Below are positions 1 to 7,975 of a stretch of 32,000 nucleotides of DNA, one piece after another (the stretch's first letter is position 1; each line of letters starts with the position of its first letter). The DNA comes from Kineococcus radiotolerans SRS30216 = ATCC BAA-149 (GTDB lineage Bacteria; Actinomycetota; Actinomycetes; Actinomycetales; Kineococcaceae): contig NC_009664.2 in the NCBI RefSeq assembly GCF_000017305.1, positions 4,320,001 to 4,352,000 of the forward strand, read 5' to 3'. The notes under the pieces are model-generated. The model was not told where the DNA came from. It saw nothing but the letters and a program-made list of their open reading frames with translations, and ran no database searches. The position numbers were made by a program, and so were the translations under genes.

Positions 1-144
1 TACCCGGGGGTCGCCGTGGTGAACGGTGCCCGGGGAGTCGGTGAACACGATCAGCGTCGACGTGCTCGTGGGGTGAGCAGCGCGGACGTCGAGGCCGCGC
101 GGCATCCACCGTTCACCGGCAGCGGTGTGGGCGGGAGGGCCGGT

Positions 145-729
145 TCAGCCGCTCCTGCGCTGGCGGTAGGTGCGGGTCTTGTGCCGGTTGCCGCAGATCT
201 CCATGGAGCACCAGCGGCCTGCGCCGCTGCGGGAGGTGTCGTGGAAGGCCCAGCGGCAGTCCGGCGCCGCGCACAGCTTCAGGCGGGCCCAGCGGCCGGT
301 GGCGGCGCTGGCGGCGACCGTCTCGACGATGACGTCGAGTCCCGCCACGCCGGTGGCCGCGGCCAGGCGCAGCCGGCCGGGAGGGTCCGGCACCAGGCGC
401 AGCGGGAAGCGGGCCAGGAGGTTCTCGGCTGGCGTCGGGTCGACCCGGGAGAGCGCCGGCTCACGGGGTGCCCGGAGCGGTGCGCTGGTCGACGCGTCGC
501 CCAGGACGTCGCGCAACGCGGTGCGCAGCGCCACCGCGGTGTCCAGGTCACGCGGGTGCAGGGCCGTGTCGGCGCTCGCGAGGTCGCGGGCCTGCAGCCA
601 GGCGGTGAGGGCTTCGAGGGAGGTCAGTTCGTCAGCGGCGGTGTGCTCGCGGCCGTGGCGGGTGAACGCCCGCTGGTCGAGGGTGTTGAGGAACTGCTCG
701 ACGAGGTCGAGGTCTCCCGCTCCGTGCAT
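145..729 (-). CDS. CGNR zinc-finger / ABATE-domain protein (putative nucleic-acid-binding regulator)
   Basis: ORF 145..777(-). The C-terminus CAAPDCRWAFHDTSRSGAGRWCSMEICGNRHKTRTYRQR is the CGNR zinc-finger signature, and the N-terminal DLVEQFLNTLD resembles the ABATE-type domain. Start placed at ATG 729 (MHGAGDLD...). Codons 730-777 have poor third-position GC and overlap promoter-like sequence. GTG 777 is the alternative. Confidence 0.85.
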   Translation of the reverse strand: MHGAGDLDLVEQFLNTLDQRAFTRHGREHTAADELTSLEALTAWLQARDLASADTALHPRDLDTAVALRTALRDVLGDASTSAPLRAPREPALSRVDPTPAENLLARFPLRLVPDPPGRLRLAAATGVAGLDVIVETVAASAATGRWARLKLCAAPDCRWAFHDTSRSGAGRWCSMEICGNRHKTRTYRQRRSG

Positions 730-731
730 CA

Positions 732-801
732 CGACACCAGTGTAGGTCGAATCCGGTGTTGACAAGGCCACCGACACCAGCTCTACGCTTCACTGGTGTC
801 G
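732..801. promoter_or_regulatory. Divergent promoter region with three copies of CGACACCAG (two direct, one inverted)
   Basis: CGACACCAG at 732-740 and 772-780 on the + strand, and its reverse complement CTGGTGTCG at 793-801. 732-742 and 791-801 form a perfect 11-bp inverted repeat (CGACACCAGTG / CACTGGTGTCG). The copies overlap the predicted -10/TSS areas of both divergent promoters. Confidence 0.45.
759..789 (+). promoter_or_regulatory. Candidate housekeeping-type promoter of the epoxide hydrolase pair
   Basis: TTGACA (759-764), 19-nt spacer, TACGCT (784-789, TAnnnT pattern). The spacer is longer than the usual 16-18 nt. Confidence 0.35.
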
Positions 802-848
802 ACAGCGCCGACGCTGGGACCACCCCCGAGACCGCTGGAGGGACTGCT

Positions 849-2111
849 GTGGACACCACCTCGAAGACCACCGTGGAGGACGGAACGACCACGCCCGTCG
901 ACCGGCGTCCGGTCGACCACCCCCTGGTGGAGGTGCCTGACGCCGAGCTCGAGGACCTGCGCGCCCGGCTGCGGTCGACCAGGTGGGCCGCGCCGTGGCC
1001 TGCTCCGGGCCGAGAGCCGTGGCAGGCGGGCACCGACGGGGACGAACTGCGCCGCCTGGTCGCCTACTGGGCCGACGGCTACGACTGGCGCCGGTACGAG
1101 GCCCGGATCAACGCGCTGCCCTCCCACGTCGCCGACATCGACGGCACGCGCATCCACTACCTGCGCTTCGACGCTGAAGGGGGCCAGGAGGATCAGGGAG
1201 ACCAGGGAGGTCGCGGCGCGCGACGGGCCCTGCCGATCGTGCTGACAAACGGCTGGCCCAGCACCTTCTACGAACTGGTGGAGCTCGCCCAGCGGCTCTC
1301 GGCTCCCTCCCGCTTCGGCGGCGACCCCCGGGACGCCTTCACCGTCATCGCGCCGTCGCTGCCCGGTTTCACCTTCTCCACCCAGCGCCCCAGCCTGGAT
1401 CGTGCGCTGCCGACGCACGAGTCGTGGCACCGCCTCGTGCACGACGTCCTCGGCTTCCCTCGCTACGGCGCCCACGGCGGGGACCTCGGTGCGGGCATCA
1501 CCGGCTGGCTGGCTCAGGCCCACCCGGAGGCCGTGGTCGGGATCCACCTCCTCGACGTCGATCGCACCCCGCCCGCCGACGCCACCGGCCTGACCGCTGA
1601 GGAACGCGCCTACCTGGACGCGATGGCGACCTGGTCGGCGGAGGAGGGCGCTTACGCCCACCAGCACAGCACCCGCCCGCTGACCCTGGCCCAGGCGCTG
1701 AGCGATTCCCCCTCGGGCCTGCTGGCCTGGATCCTGGAGAAGTACCGGGCCTGGAGCGACTGCGGCGGGCAGGTGTCCTCCCGCTTCAGCGACGACTTCC
1801 TGCTCACCCAGGCCTCGCTGTACTGGTTCACCGCCACCATCTCCACCTCGTTGCGGCCCTACTACGAACGCGCCCACGACCTCGCACCGACGCTGGACCG
1901 GGTGCAGGTCCCGACCGCTGTCGCGGTGTTCCCCGCCGACCTGGGCGCCGCGCCACCTCCGAGCTGGGTCCGCCGCCGCTACGACCTCGCCCGGTACACG
2001 ACGATGCCGCGCGGGGGGCACTTCGCCGCCCACGAGGAACCCGAGCTGCTGGCGGAGGACATCACCGCCTTCTTCCGCAGCCTCTCGCCCCAGGTGGTGC
2101 AGCACCCGTGA
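849..2111 (+). CDS. Epoxide hydrolase (alpha/beta hydrolase with epoxide-hydrolase N-terminal domain), paralog 1
   Basis: ORF 756..2111(+). The N-terminal block PLVEVPDAELEDLRARLRSTRWA...IHYLRF is typical of the EH N-terminal domain, and HGGDLGAG sits at the nucleophile-elbow position. Start moved to GTG 849, which has GGAGGG 7 nt upstream. The earlier part of the ORF overlaps the promoter. Confidence 0.85.
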   Translation: MDTTSKTTVEDGTTTPVDRRPVDHPLVEVPDAELEDLRARLRSTRWAAPWPAPGREPWQAGTDGDELRRLVAYWADGYDWRRYEARINALPSHVADIDGTRIHYLRFDAEGGQEDQGDQGGRGARRALPIVLTNGWPSTFYELVELAQRLSAPSRFGGDPRDAFTVIAPSLPGFTFSTQRPSLDRALPTHESWHRLVHDVLGFPRYGAHGGDLGAGITGWLAQAHPEAVVGIHLLDVDRTPPADATGLTAEERAYLDAMATWSAEEGAYAHQHSTRPLTLAQALSDSPSGLLAWILEKYRAWSDCGGQVSSRFSDDFLLTQASLYWFTATISTSLRPYYERAHDLAPTLDRVQVPTAVAVFPADLGAAPPPSWVRRRYDLARYTTMPRGGHFAAHEEPELLAEDITAFFRSLSPQVVQHP

Positions 2112-3331
2112 GGCGGCACGCGTTCGTCCGCGCCGACCAGGCCGTCCTCGACGACCTGCAGGAGCGGCTGCTGCGCTTCCGCGCCGTGCCCAGCGCTCAC
2201 CGTCACGGCGACCCCCTCGGTGGCGGTTCCGAGGACTCCGCGGGTGATCTCGGCGTTCCCGCCGGCCTGCTGAGCGCGCTCCTCGAGCACTGGCGCAGCG
2301 GTTACGACTGGCGCGTCCACGAGGACCGCGTCGCCGCCCACCCCTGGTTCGAGACGGAACGGACCGCCGTCCCCCTGCGCGCCGTGGTCCGCGAGGCCGT
2401 GGTCCGCGAGGCCGTGGTCCCCGACGTGGCGCCGGCCGCGCTCGCCGCCCCGGGCGCCCCGGACGGCCCGAGCGCCCCGGGCGACCCGGGCGGGTCGGCA
2501 GCTCCCGTCGTCCTGCTGCTGCACGGCTGGCCGGACTCGGTCCTGCGCTTCGAGCGTCTGTTCCCGCTGCTGTCCGACGTCACCGTCGTCGCCCCAGCGC
2601 TGCCGGGTTTCCCCTTCGCCGCGCCCGTGCCGCAGGGCGGTCTGTCGTCCACGGCGATGGCCGACGCGGTCGCGGCGGCCATGGAGGAGTTCGGGTTCGC
2701 GCGCTACGTCGTCTCCGCCGGTGACGTGGGCTGCGACGTCGCCGAAGCCCTCGCTGCGCGTCACCCCGGTGCCGTGTCCGCCCTGCACCTCACCGACGTC
2801 TCCCAGTACCACTTCCTGCACGACGTTCCTGCCGACCTGGACGCGGAGGAGCGGGCGTACCTGGCCCGGGGAACCCGCTGGCAGGCGGAGGAGGGTGGGT
2901 ACATGCACGAACAGGCGACGCGGCCGAACACGCTGGCGGTGGGGCTGGGGGACTCCCCGGCCGGGCTCGCGGCGTGGATCGCGGAGAAGCTGCTGCGCTG
3001 GAGCGACGGCGACGGATCCCTGACCGACGTGTTCAGCCTCGACGAGGCGCTGACGTGGATCACCGCGTACTGGGTGAGCGGTGCCGTCGGCACGTCGTTC
3101 ACGCCCTACGCCGCCGCCGGGGCGAAGAACTGGCCCCGCGTCGAGGTGCCCACCGTCGTCACGGTGTTCGCCCACGACCTCGTCAACGCGCCGCGGCGGT
3201 TCGCCGAACGCTTCTTCGACGTGGTCCAGTGGCGTGAGTACGAGCGGGGAGGTCACTTCGCGGCCTGGGAACGCCCCGGCGACTACCTCTGGGGTGTGCG
3301 CGCCGCGGTGGACCACCGGCGATCGGGCTGA
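2108..3331 (+). CDS. Epoxide hydrolase family protein, paralog 2
   Basis: ORF 2108..3331(+). Same architecture as paralog 1 (AVLDDLQERLLRFR..., HGWPDS, AGDVG elbow, C-terminal GGHFAAWE). The GTG start overlaps the upstream stop (GTGA, 2108-2111), suggesting translational coupling. Confidence 0.85.
   Translation: MRRHAFVRADQAVLDDLQERLLRFRAVPSAHRHGDPLGGGSEDSAGDLGVPAGLLSALLEHWRSGYDWRVHEDRVAAHPWFETERTAVPLRAVVREAVVREAVVPDVAPAALAAPGAPDGPSAPGDPGGSAAPVVLLLHGWPDSVLRFERLFPLLSDVTVVAPALPGFPFAAPVPQGGLSSTAMADAVAAAMEEFGFARYVVSAGDVGCDVAEALAARHPGAVSALHLTDVSQYHFLHDVPADLDAEERAYLARGTRWQAEEGGYMHEQATRPNTLAVGLGDSPAGLAAWIAEKLLRWSDGDGSLTDVFSLDEALTWITAYWVSGAVGTSFTPYAAAGAKNWPRVEVPTVVTVFAHDLVNAPRRFAERFFDVVQWREYERGGHFAAWERPGDYLWGVRAAVDHRRSG
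2381..2420 (+). repeat. In-frame 15-bp tandem repeat (2.7 copies) inside epoxide hydrolase 2
   Basis: gccgtggtccgcgag at 2381-2395 and 2396-2410, then a partial copy at 2411-2420. It encodes AVVRE AVVRE AVV. Confidence 0.9.
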
Positions 3332-3711
3332 CCCCGTCCGACCCGCGCCGGATCGAGGACGGTTCGCCCGGGAGCGGGCCTGCGACGAGCCACGCCACCC
3401 GGCCGCGTCGACACGGGCGGCGCCACCGGGGCGACGATCCTCACGCGAGGTGTCGAGGCTGATGATCAGGAGGGCGCGGAGGAACCAGGTGGGCGAGGCG
3501 GTCGGCTCGGCCGCCACCACCGTGGCCGGTTCCTGTCTGCGTCAACGCCTGCGGTGTCGGGACGCAGGAATCGTCCACGCCACACGGGGAATCCCAGGAG
3601 GACGAGTCGAGGTGCACACCGGGCGGATCCGGAGTCGCGCAGCCGGGACCGATCCAGGCGCGGTTCCTCCCGGACCCGGCGTCGTCCCCATCGCCGGAAC
3701 CGGGGGACGGA

Positions 3712-3942
3712 TCACCCGAGGGCCTCCTCCCACCAGGCCGACAAGGGCCACGATCGCTGGACGTCGCCGTCCGCGGCGCGGGTGTGCCGCTGGAGGCGCG
3801 TGAGGCGGGCGAGACCGGCTCGCACCAGCGTCACCCCGAGCGGAGCGGCCGGTGCACGCCGGTCCTGGACCGCGCAGACCCAGCAGTCCGGTGGGCACGA
3901 TGGATCCGCAACCACCGCGGTTCGCGGCAGGTTGAAGCGCAC
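3712..3942 (-). CDS. Small hypothetical protein (76 aa, Cys/Trp-containing)
   Basis: ORF 3712..3942(-). GTG start preceded by GAGGAG about 5 nt upstream, and very high third-position GC throughout. No family recognised. It lies in an otherwise uncallable 1.15 kb gap. Confidence 0.3.
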   Translation of the reverse strand: MRFNLPRTAVVADPSCPPDCWVCAVQDRRAPAAPLGVTLVRAGLARLTRLQRHTRAADGDVQRSWPLSAWWEEALG

Positions 3943-4468
3943 GAGTACTCCTCATCACGATGACGTCGAGAACGGGTGGGGCATCCGGAGGCTCACGGTC
4001 TGAACGGGCCTCTCGACCGGTGCCGGTCACCGGAGTGACGTTAGGAGCTGCACCGCACTGCAGGTCAACTCCATTTCGGGCTCCTCGGGGTGAGGCAGCG
4101 TGCTCCCTGGTCAGCGGAGCCGGTGAGCGCGAGGCCACTCAGTGGGTCCACTCAGCCAGGAGTTCACGCAGCCAGGAGAAACCCGCACCTCGGCCGTCGC
4201 CTCCTCGACCCGAGCCGTGGAGAGGGCATCGGTGGGTTCACCCACCTCGGCCGGTGGCAACCCCCGCCGCGCTGATGGACTGCGCCCAGGGCCGGGTGGG
4301 GCTGCACCGAGCGGGGAACCGGCCCGGACGATCGGTGTCGCGGCGTGAGGCGAGGAGGCTGCGTTCCCGGTGGTGGTGGACCGCCGGTCGGTGGAGTCGG
4401 TGCTGGCGACGTCGGCGCCGATGAGGAGCGGGTCCTTCGGGACGCCGGTGAGCGCGCCCGCGCGGGGC

Positions 4469-4499
4469 TTGACCTCAAGTCCGCTTGAGCAGGTGGACT
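4469..4499 (+). promoter_or_regulatory. MerR/SoxR-type promoter-operator (SoxR-box-like)
   Basis: TTGACC (4469-4474), 19-nt spacer, TGGACT (4494-4499). The spacer holds the inverted repeat CCTCAAG-tccg-CTTGAG (4473-4489), close to the classical SoxR box CCTCAAGnnnnCTTGAGG. The predicted TSS falls at or next to ATG 4506 (leaderless). Confidence 0.5.
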
Positions 4500-4505
4500 C
4501 GCCGC

Positions 4506-5279
4506 ATGCGTATCACTCACGTCCAGGTGCCCGTGCCCGATCCGGTGGCCAGCGCCGCCTTCTACGCTGATGTCCTGGGGGTGGGAGTGAGCCCAGCCGC
4601 CGGCTGCGGCGCCGCCCGTGCCGGCGGCGACGCGAACACCGCTGATGGTGTCGGTGGCGTCGGTGGTACGGCTGGGCTGTGCGCACGGGCGGTCCAGCTG
4701 GGGGCGACCACGCTGGTGCTGGTGCGCGATCCGCACGCCGATCCCTTGATGCAGCACCTGGCGATCACGGTGCCCGGTGATGCCGGCCGCAGAGCGCACG
4801 ACTGGCTGCGCGAGCGGGTGCGGGTGCTGGCGCACGCGGGGAGCACCCTCCTGGAGGCGTCCGCGGGGTGGCAGGCGCAGTCGGTGTACTTCCGCGCCCC
4901 GGACGGGACGGTGCTCGAGCTCATCGCCCGCCGGCGCCTGGCGGGTGACCTGGGGGACACGGCGTTCGGCCCGCAGGCCCTGCTCGCGGTCAGCGAGGTG
5001 GGGCTGGCGGTGCCGGACGTGGCGGTGGCGGCGGCGCGTCTGGAACGCGCCTTCGGGCTGCGGGCCTTCGGCGGCCCGCCGTCGTCCAGCTTCGGTGCGG
5101 TGGGCGACGACGAGGGCCTGCTGGTGCTGGTGCGCACCGGCCGGACGTGGTTCCCCACCCGTGACGCCGTCGCCGGGCCCGAGGAGGTTCACGTCCGGAT
5201 CAGCGGGACCCCGGCCGGCTCGATCGACGTGAACGGCCTGGCGACCGTGACCGGGGGGAGTCCGACGGGCCAGGCGTGA
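4506..5279 (+). CDS. VOC (glyoxalase / bleomycin-resistance / extradiol dioxygenase-like) family protein, two-domain
   Basis: ORF 4485..5279(+). MRITHVQVPVPDPVASAAFYADVLGV is a typical VOC N-terminus, with a second VOC-like half (LLAVSEVGLAVPDVAVAAARLERAFG). Start placed at ATG 4506 because 4485 lies inside the promoter/operator. Confidence 0.75.
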   Translation: MRITHVQVPVPDPVASAAFYADVLGVGVSPAAGCGAARAGGDANTADGVGGVGGTAGLCARAVQLGATTLVLVRDPHADPLMQHLAITVPGDAGRRAHDWLRERVRVLAHAGSTLLEASAGWQAQSVYFRAPDGTVLELIARRRLAGDLGDTAFGPQALLAVSEVGLAVPDVAVAAARLERAFGLRAFGGPPSSSFGAVGDDEGLLVLVRTGRTWFPTRDAVAGPEEVHVRISGTPAGSIDVNGLATVTGGSPTGQA

Positions 5280-5374
5280 GACGCCCGCACTCCTGGAGCC
5301 GTGGGCGCCGCCGTCGACACGTCGACGGGTGCGTGACCGGGGCGGGCGCGCGGTGCGGTCGCAGGTGGTGGCTC

Positions 5375-5410
5375 TTGACGGCCTCAGTTCGTTAACGTAC
5401 GTTCATTAAC
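5375..5410 (+). promoter_or_regulatory. Candidate tetR promoter with AT-rich palindromic operator
   Basis: TTGACG (5375-5380), 17-nt spacer, TACGTT (5398-5403). A perfect palindrome AACGTACGTT (5394-5403) lies within an AT-rich island gttaacgtacgttcattaac, which is unusual for this GC-rich DNA. Confidence 0.4.
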
Positions 5411-5433
5411 CAAGGGTTCGGTCTCCAGGAGGG

Positions 5434-6030
5434 GTGGGAGTGGCACGGCCACGTACCGTCAGCGACGAAGCGATCCACGCGGCGACGGCTGAGGTGATGC
5501 GCCGCCACGGCCTGCAGGGCACCACCCTCGCGGCGGTCGCCGCCCACGCCGGGTTGTCCGCAGCGGGTCTGGTGCAGCGCTTCGGGTCCAAACGCCAGTT
5601 GCTGCTCGACTTCGCCCGCCGCGGCGAAGCGGCCACCGTCGAGTGCTTCACCACCGCCCGCTCCACGTCGACCTCACCGCTGCACGCCGTGCAGACCGCG
5701 CTGGCCATGCTGACCGCGCAGGTGCGTGAGCGCTCCGAGCTGGCCAACAACCTCAGCTTCCTGCAGCTGGACCTGGCCGACGAGGACTTCCGAGCGCTGG
5801 CGGCAGCCAACGCCCGCCAGGCGCAGGCGCAGATCGAGGAGCTGTTGCGGGAGGCGGTGACGGCGGGGGAGCTGGCCGCCACCGATACCGGCGCGCTGGC
5901 CCGCACCGTCTACCTCACCTACAACGGCGTGCTCACCCTGTGGCCGCTGACCGGCACCCGACCCCTGGCCCGCGAGCTGCACGACGCGGTCAGCGCCGTC
6001 CTGCGCCCGTACCTGCCCACCCGGCGGTGA
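5434..6030 (+). CDS. TetR/AcrR family transcriptional regulator
   Basis: ORF 5434..6030(+). N-terminal HTH TTLAAVAAHAGLSAAGLVQRFGSKRQLL, GGAGG upstream of the GTG start. GTG 5440 is the alternative start. Confidence 0.9.
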   Translation: MGVARPRTVSDEAIHAATAEVMRRHGLQGTTLAAVAAHAGLSAAGLVQRFGSKRQLLLDFARRGEAATVECFTTARSTSTSPLHAVQTALAMLTAQVRERSELANNLSFLQLDLADEDFRALAAANARQAQAQIEELLREAVTAGELAATDTGALARTVYLTYNGVLTLWPLTGTRPLARELHDAVSAVLRPYLPTRR

Positions 6031-6116
6031 CGAACCCGCACTCCCGCCGGCTTCGACGTCCGCCGGCGTCCAACAACCTCCGTCGACCGTCCACCACGCG
6101 CAGAGAGCGAGCAGTC

Positions 6117-6755
6117 ATGACCTCCGCACCACCGTCCTCGACGTCTCCCGAGATCCCTCCCGCGACCTCCCCGGCAGTGGTGACGCTCGCCGCGGCAGCC
6201 CCTCCCGGTGCGGGCTCGCCCACGCGGGCCGCGCCCTTCACCGGCGCAGTCTTCATCGCCACCAGCCTCGACGGCTACATCGCCCGCCCGGACGGTGACA
6301 TCGACTGGCTCACCGAGCGCGGCGCTGACGCCGGGGACACCGGCTACGAGTCCTTCATCGACGGGATCGACGCCCTGGTGATGGGGCGCGGCACCTACGA
6401 GAAGGTCCTCACCTTCGACGCCTGGCCCTACCCGGGGCGCACGGTGTTCCTGCTCAGCCGCCGCGCCGAGCCCGGCGTCGACGACCGCGTGCGCGTCGTG
6501 CGCGACGTGGCGGAGGCCGTGGACGCGATCAGCGCCTGCGGAGCCCGGCGTGTCTACGTCGACGGCGGACAGGTGGTGCAGTCCTTCCTGGCCGCCGGTC
6601 TGGTCCAGGAGATCACCATCACCACGGTCCCGGTGCTGCTGGGGGAGGGGTTGCCCCTCTTCGGCCGGCTGGGAGCCGATGTGGATCTGCAGCACCGGGC
6701 CACGACCGTCCTGGGAGCCGGTTTCGTGCAGTCCACCTACGCCGTCAGGCGGTGA
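6117..6755 (+). CDS. Dihydrofolate reductase-like (RibD C-terminal domain) family protein
   Basis: ORF 5940..6755(+), start moved to ATG 6117 downstream of the tetR stop. Motifs IATSLDGYIARPDG, LVMGRGTYE, VYVDGGQVVQSFL and ITITTVPVLLGEGLPLF are typical of the RibD_C/DHFR-like family. Confidence 0.85.
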   Translation: MTSAPPSSTSPEIPPATSPAVVTLAAAAPPGAGSPTRAAPFTGAVFIATSLDGYIARPDGDIDWLTERGADAGDTGYESFIDGIDALVMGRGTYEKVLTFDAWPYPGRTVFLLSRRAEPGVDDRVRVVRDVAEAVDAISACGARRVYVDGGQVVQSFLAAGLVQEITITTVPVLLGEGLPLFGRLGADVDLQHRATTVLGAGFVQSTYAVRR

Positions 6756-7335
6756 GGCCCAGCCCCTTGGATCCACCGACGAGACGCGGCCGCGGTGTCT
6801 CGAGGGGGTGGGTCGAACTCCCTCGGCTGGTGCCCCAGCGGCCGGTGGCCCGGGGCGGGGGCGACATGTCGCGAGGCTGCCGCTCGTACTCGGCCGCGGT
6901 GGTGGCGCCGGCGAGGGGGTGAGGCCGCACCAGCCGGGAAGACCGAGGCGGGAGCTGGGAGCTGCGACGATGCCGGGGCCGAAAACGTCGAGGAACCACG
7001 AGGCGAACCCGCCAGGTGCTCTCAGGTGCGGCGCACGACGGCGTGTCCACGCAGCTGGGCATTCAGCTCGGCGTGATGTGCCCCGGCGGGAGCGGACGAG
7101 CGGGCACGCCGGTGTCGGGGTGGTGCGCGCGCTCCTGAGGGCTGATCCGTGACGCCCCTCAATGCCCGGGCCGCTAGGACCGCCTCGGCCGCGGAAGGGC
7201 CGTCCCACGAGGAGATGACTGAGGTCCGGTGGTCAGCTCCGTCTCAGGGCCGGGGAGTCGATCGCGTGCTGGATCCTGCAGCTCACCGCGGCAGCAGCGG
7301 CAGCGGCTGGACGCAGCGGTGGCGGGCGCCTGCCC

Positions 7336-7596
7336 TCACCCCTGGTCCCGCAGGAGGGCCCGGTCCATGGCCGCGATCTCGTCGATGAGCCAGAGCGTCT
7401 TCAGCGCCAGGGCCTCGTCACCGGCGGCCAGGGCGTCCTGGCCCAGCTCGTGGACGCGCGACCGCAGGTCGGCGGTGCGTGTCGCCTGCGCCGGGGTGAG
7501 GTTCCGCCCCTGCGCGGTGCGGTCGCGGTCCGCGGAGTGCAGGTGGTCGCGAACTCGCTGCAGCGGCGACGGCGCCACCTGGGGTGCATCCGGCAT
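7336..7596 (-). CDS. Hypothetical small helical protein (86 aa)
   Basis: ORF 7336..7596(-), ATG start, consistently high third-position GC. No family recognised. Confidence 0.55.
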   Translation of the reverse strand: MPDAPQVAPSPLQRVRDHLHSADRDRTAQGRNLTPAQATRTADLRSRVHELGQDALAAGDEALALKTLWLIDEIAAMDRALLRDQG

Positions 7597-7975
7597 CCGC
7601 TGGACGGTAGCCCGTCGCTCCCGCCGCAGCTACCACCTGGGGCCTCGCGTTGCCGAGGTGGTGCGGGGGGCCGCCGGGATGGCGTGGAGGTCAGGAGCGC
7701 GAGGTCGGCGAGCGGACGCCTGCCGTCGGACGTCGTCGGTGTGACTGGATGTCCATCCTGCACCGGCGCTTCCGCTGGCTGGGGCGTTCCATCGGGGTAT
7801 CGGCCGGTCGTCACGGGTCACGGGCGCGGCTGCTGTCCCCCCGAGGCCGCGGGGGAAGCCTGGCCGCCGCAGGTGCAGCGCGCACCGTTGAGGGGTACGT
7901 GGTCGGCACCGAGCGGTGGACACGTCGCCCGGGGCGGGTGTGGCGGCTGCCTGTCCTCAGGCGTCAGCGGGTACG

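Noticed and set aside
1979-3520. 513-aa ORF on the minus strand
   Set aside because: It is antisense to epoxide hydrolase 2 in the frame that shares third-codon positions (a GC-rich shadow ORF). The translation is Arg/Gly/Pro-rich with no motifs.
6745-7062. 105-aa minus-strand ORF with fairly high GC3 (…PLAGATTAAEYERQPRD…)
   Set aside because: It has no recognisable motifs and no RBS, and it overlaps the convergent DHFR-like gene end. It could be a remnant, but I cannot support a call.
5919-7208. 429-aa minus-strand ORF
   Set aside because: It is mostly antisense to the DHFR-like gene, and its 5' part (6756-7208) has no consistent coding statistics.
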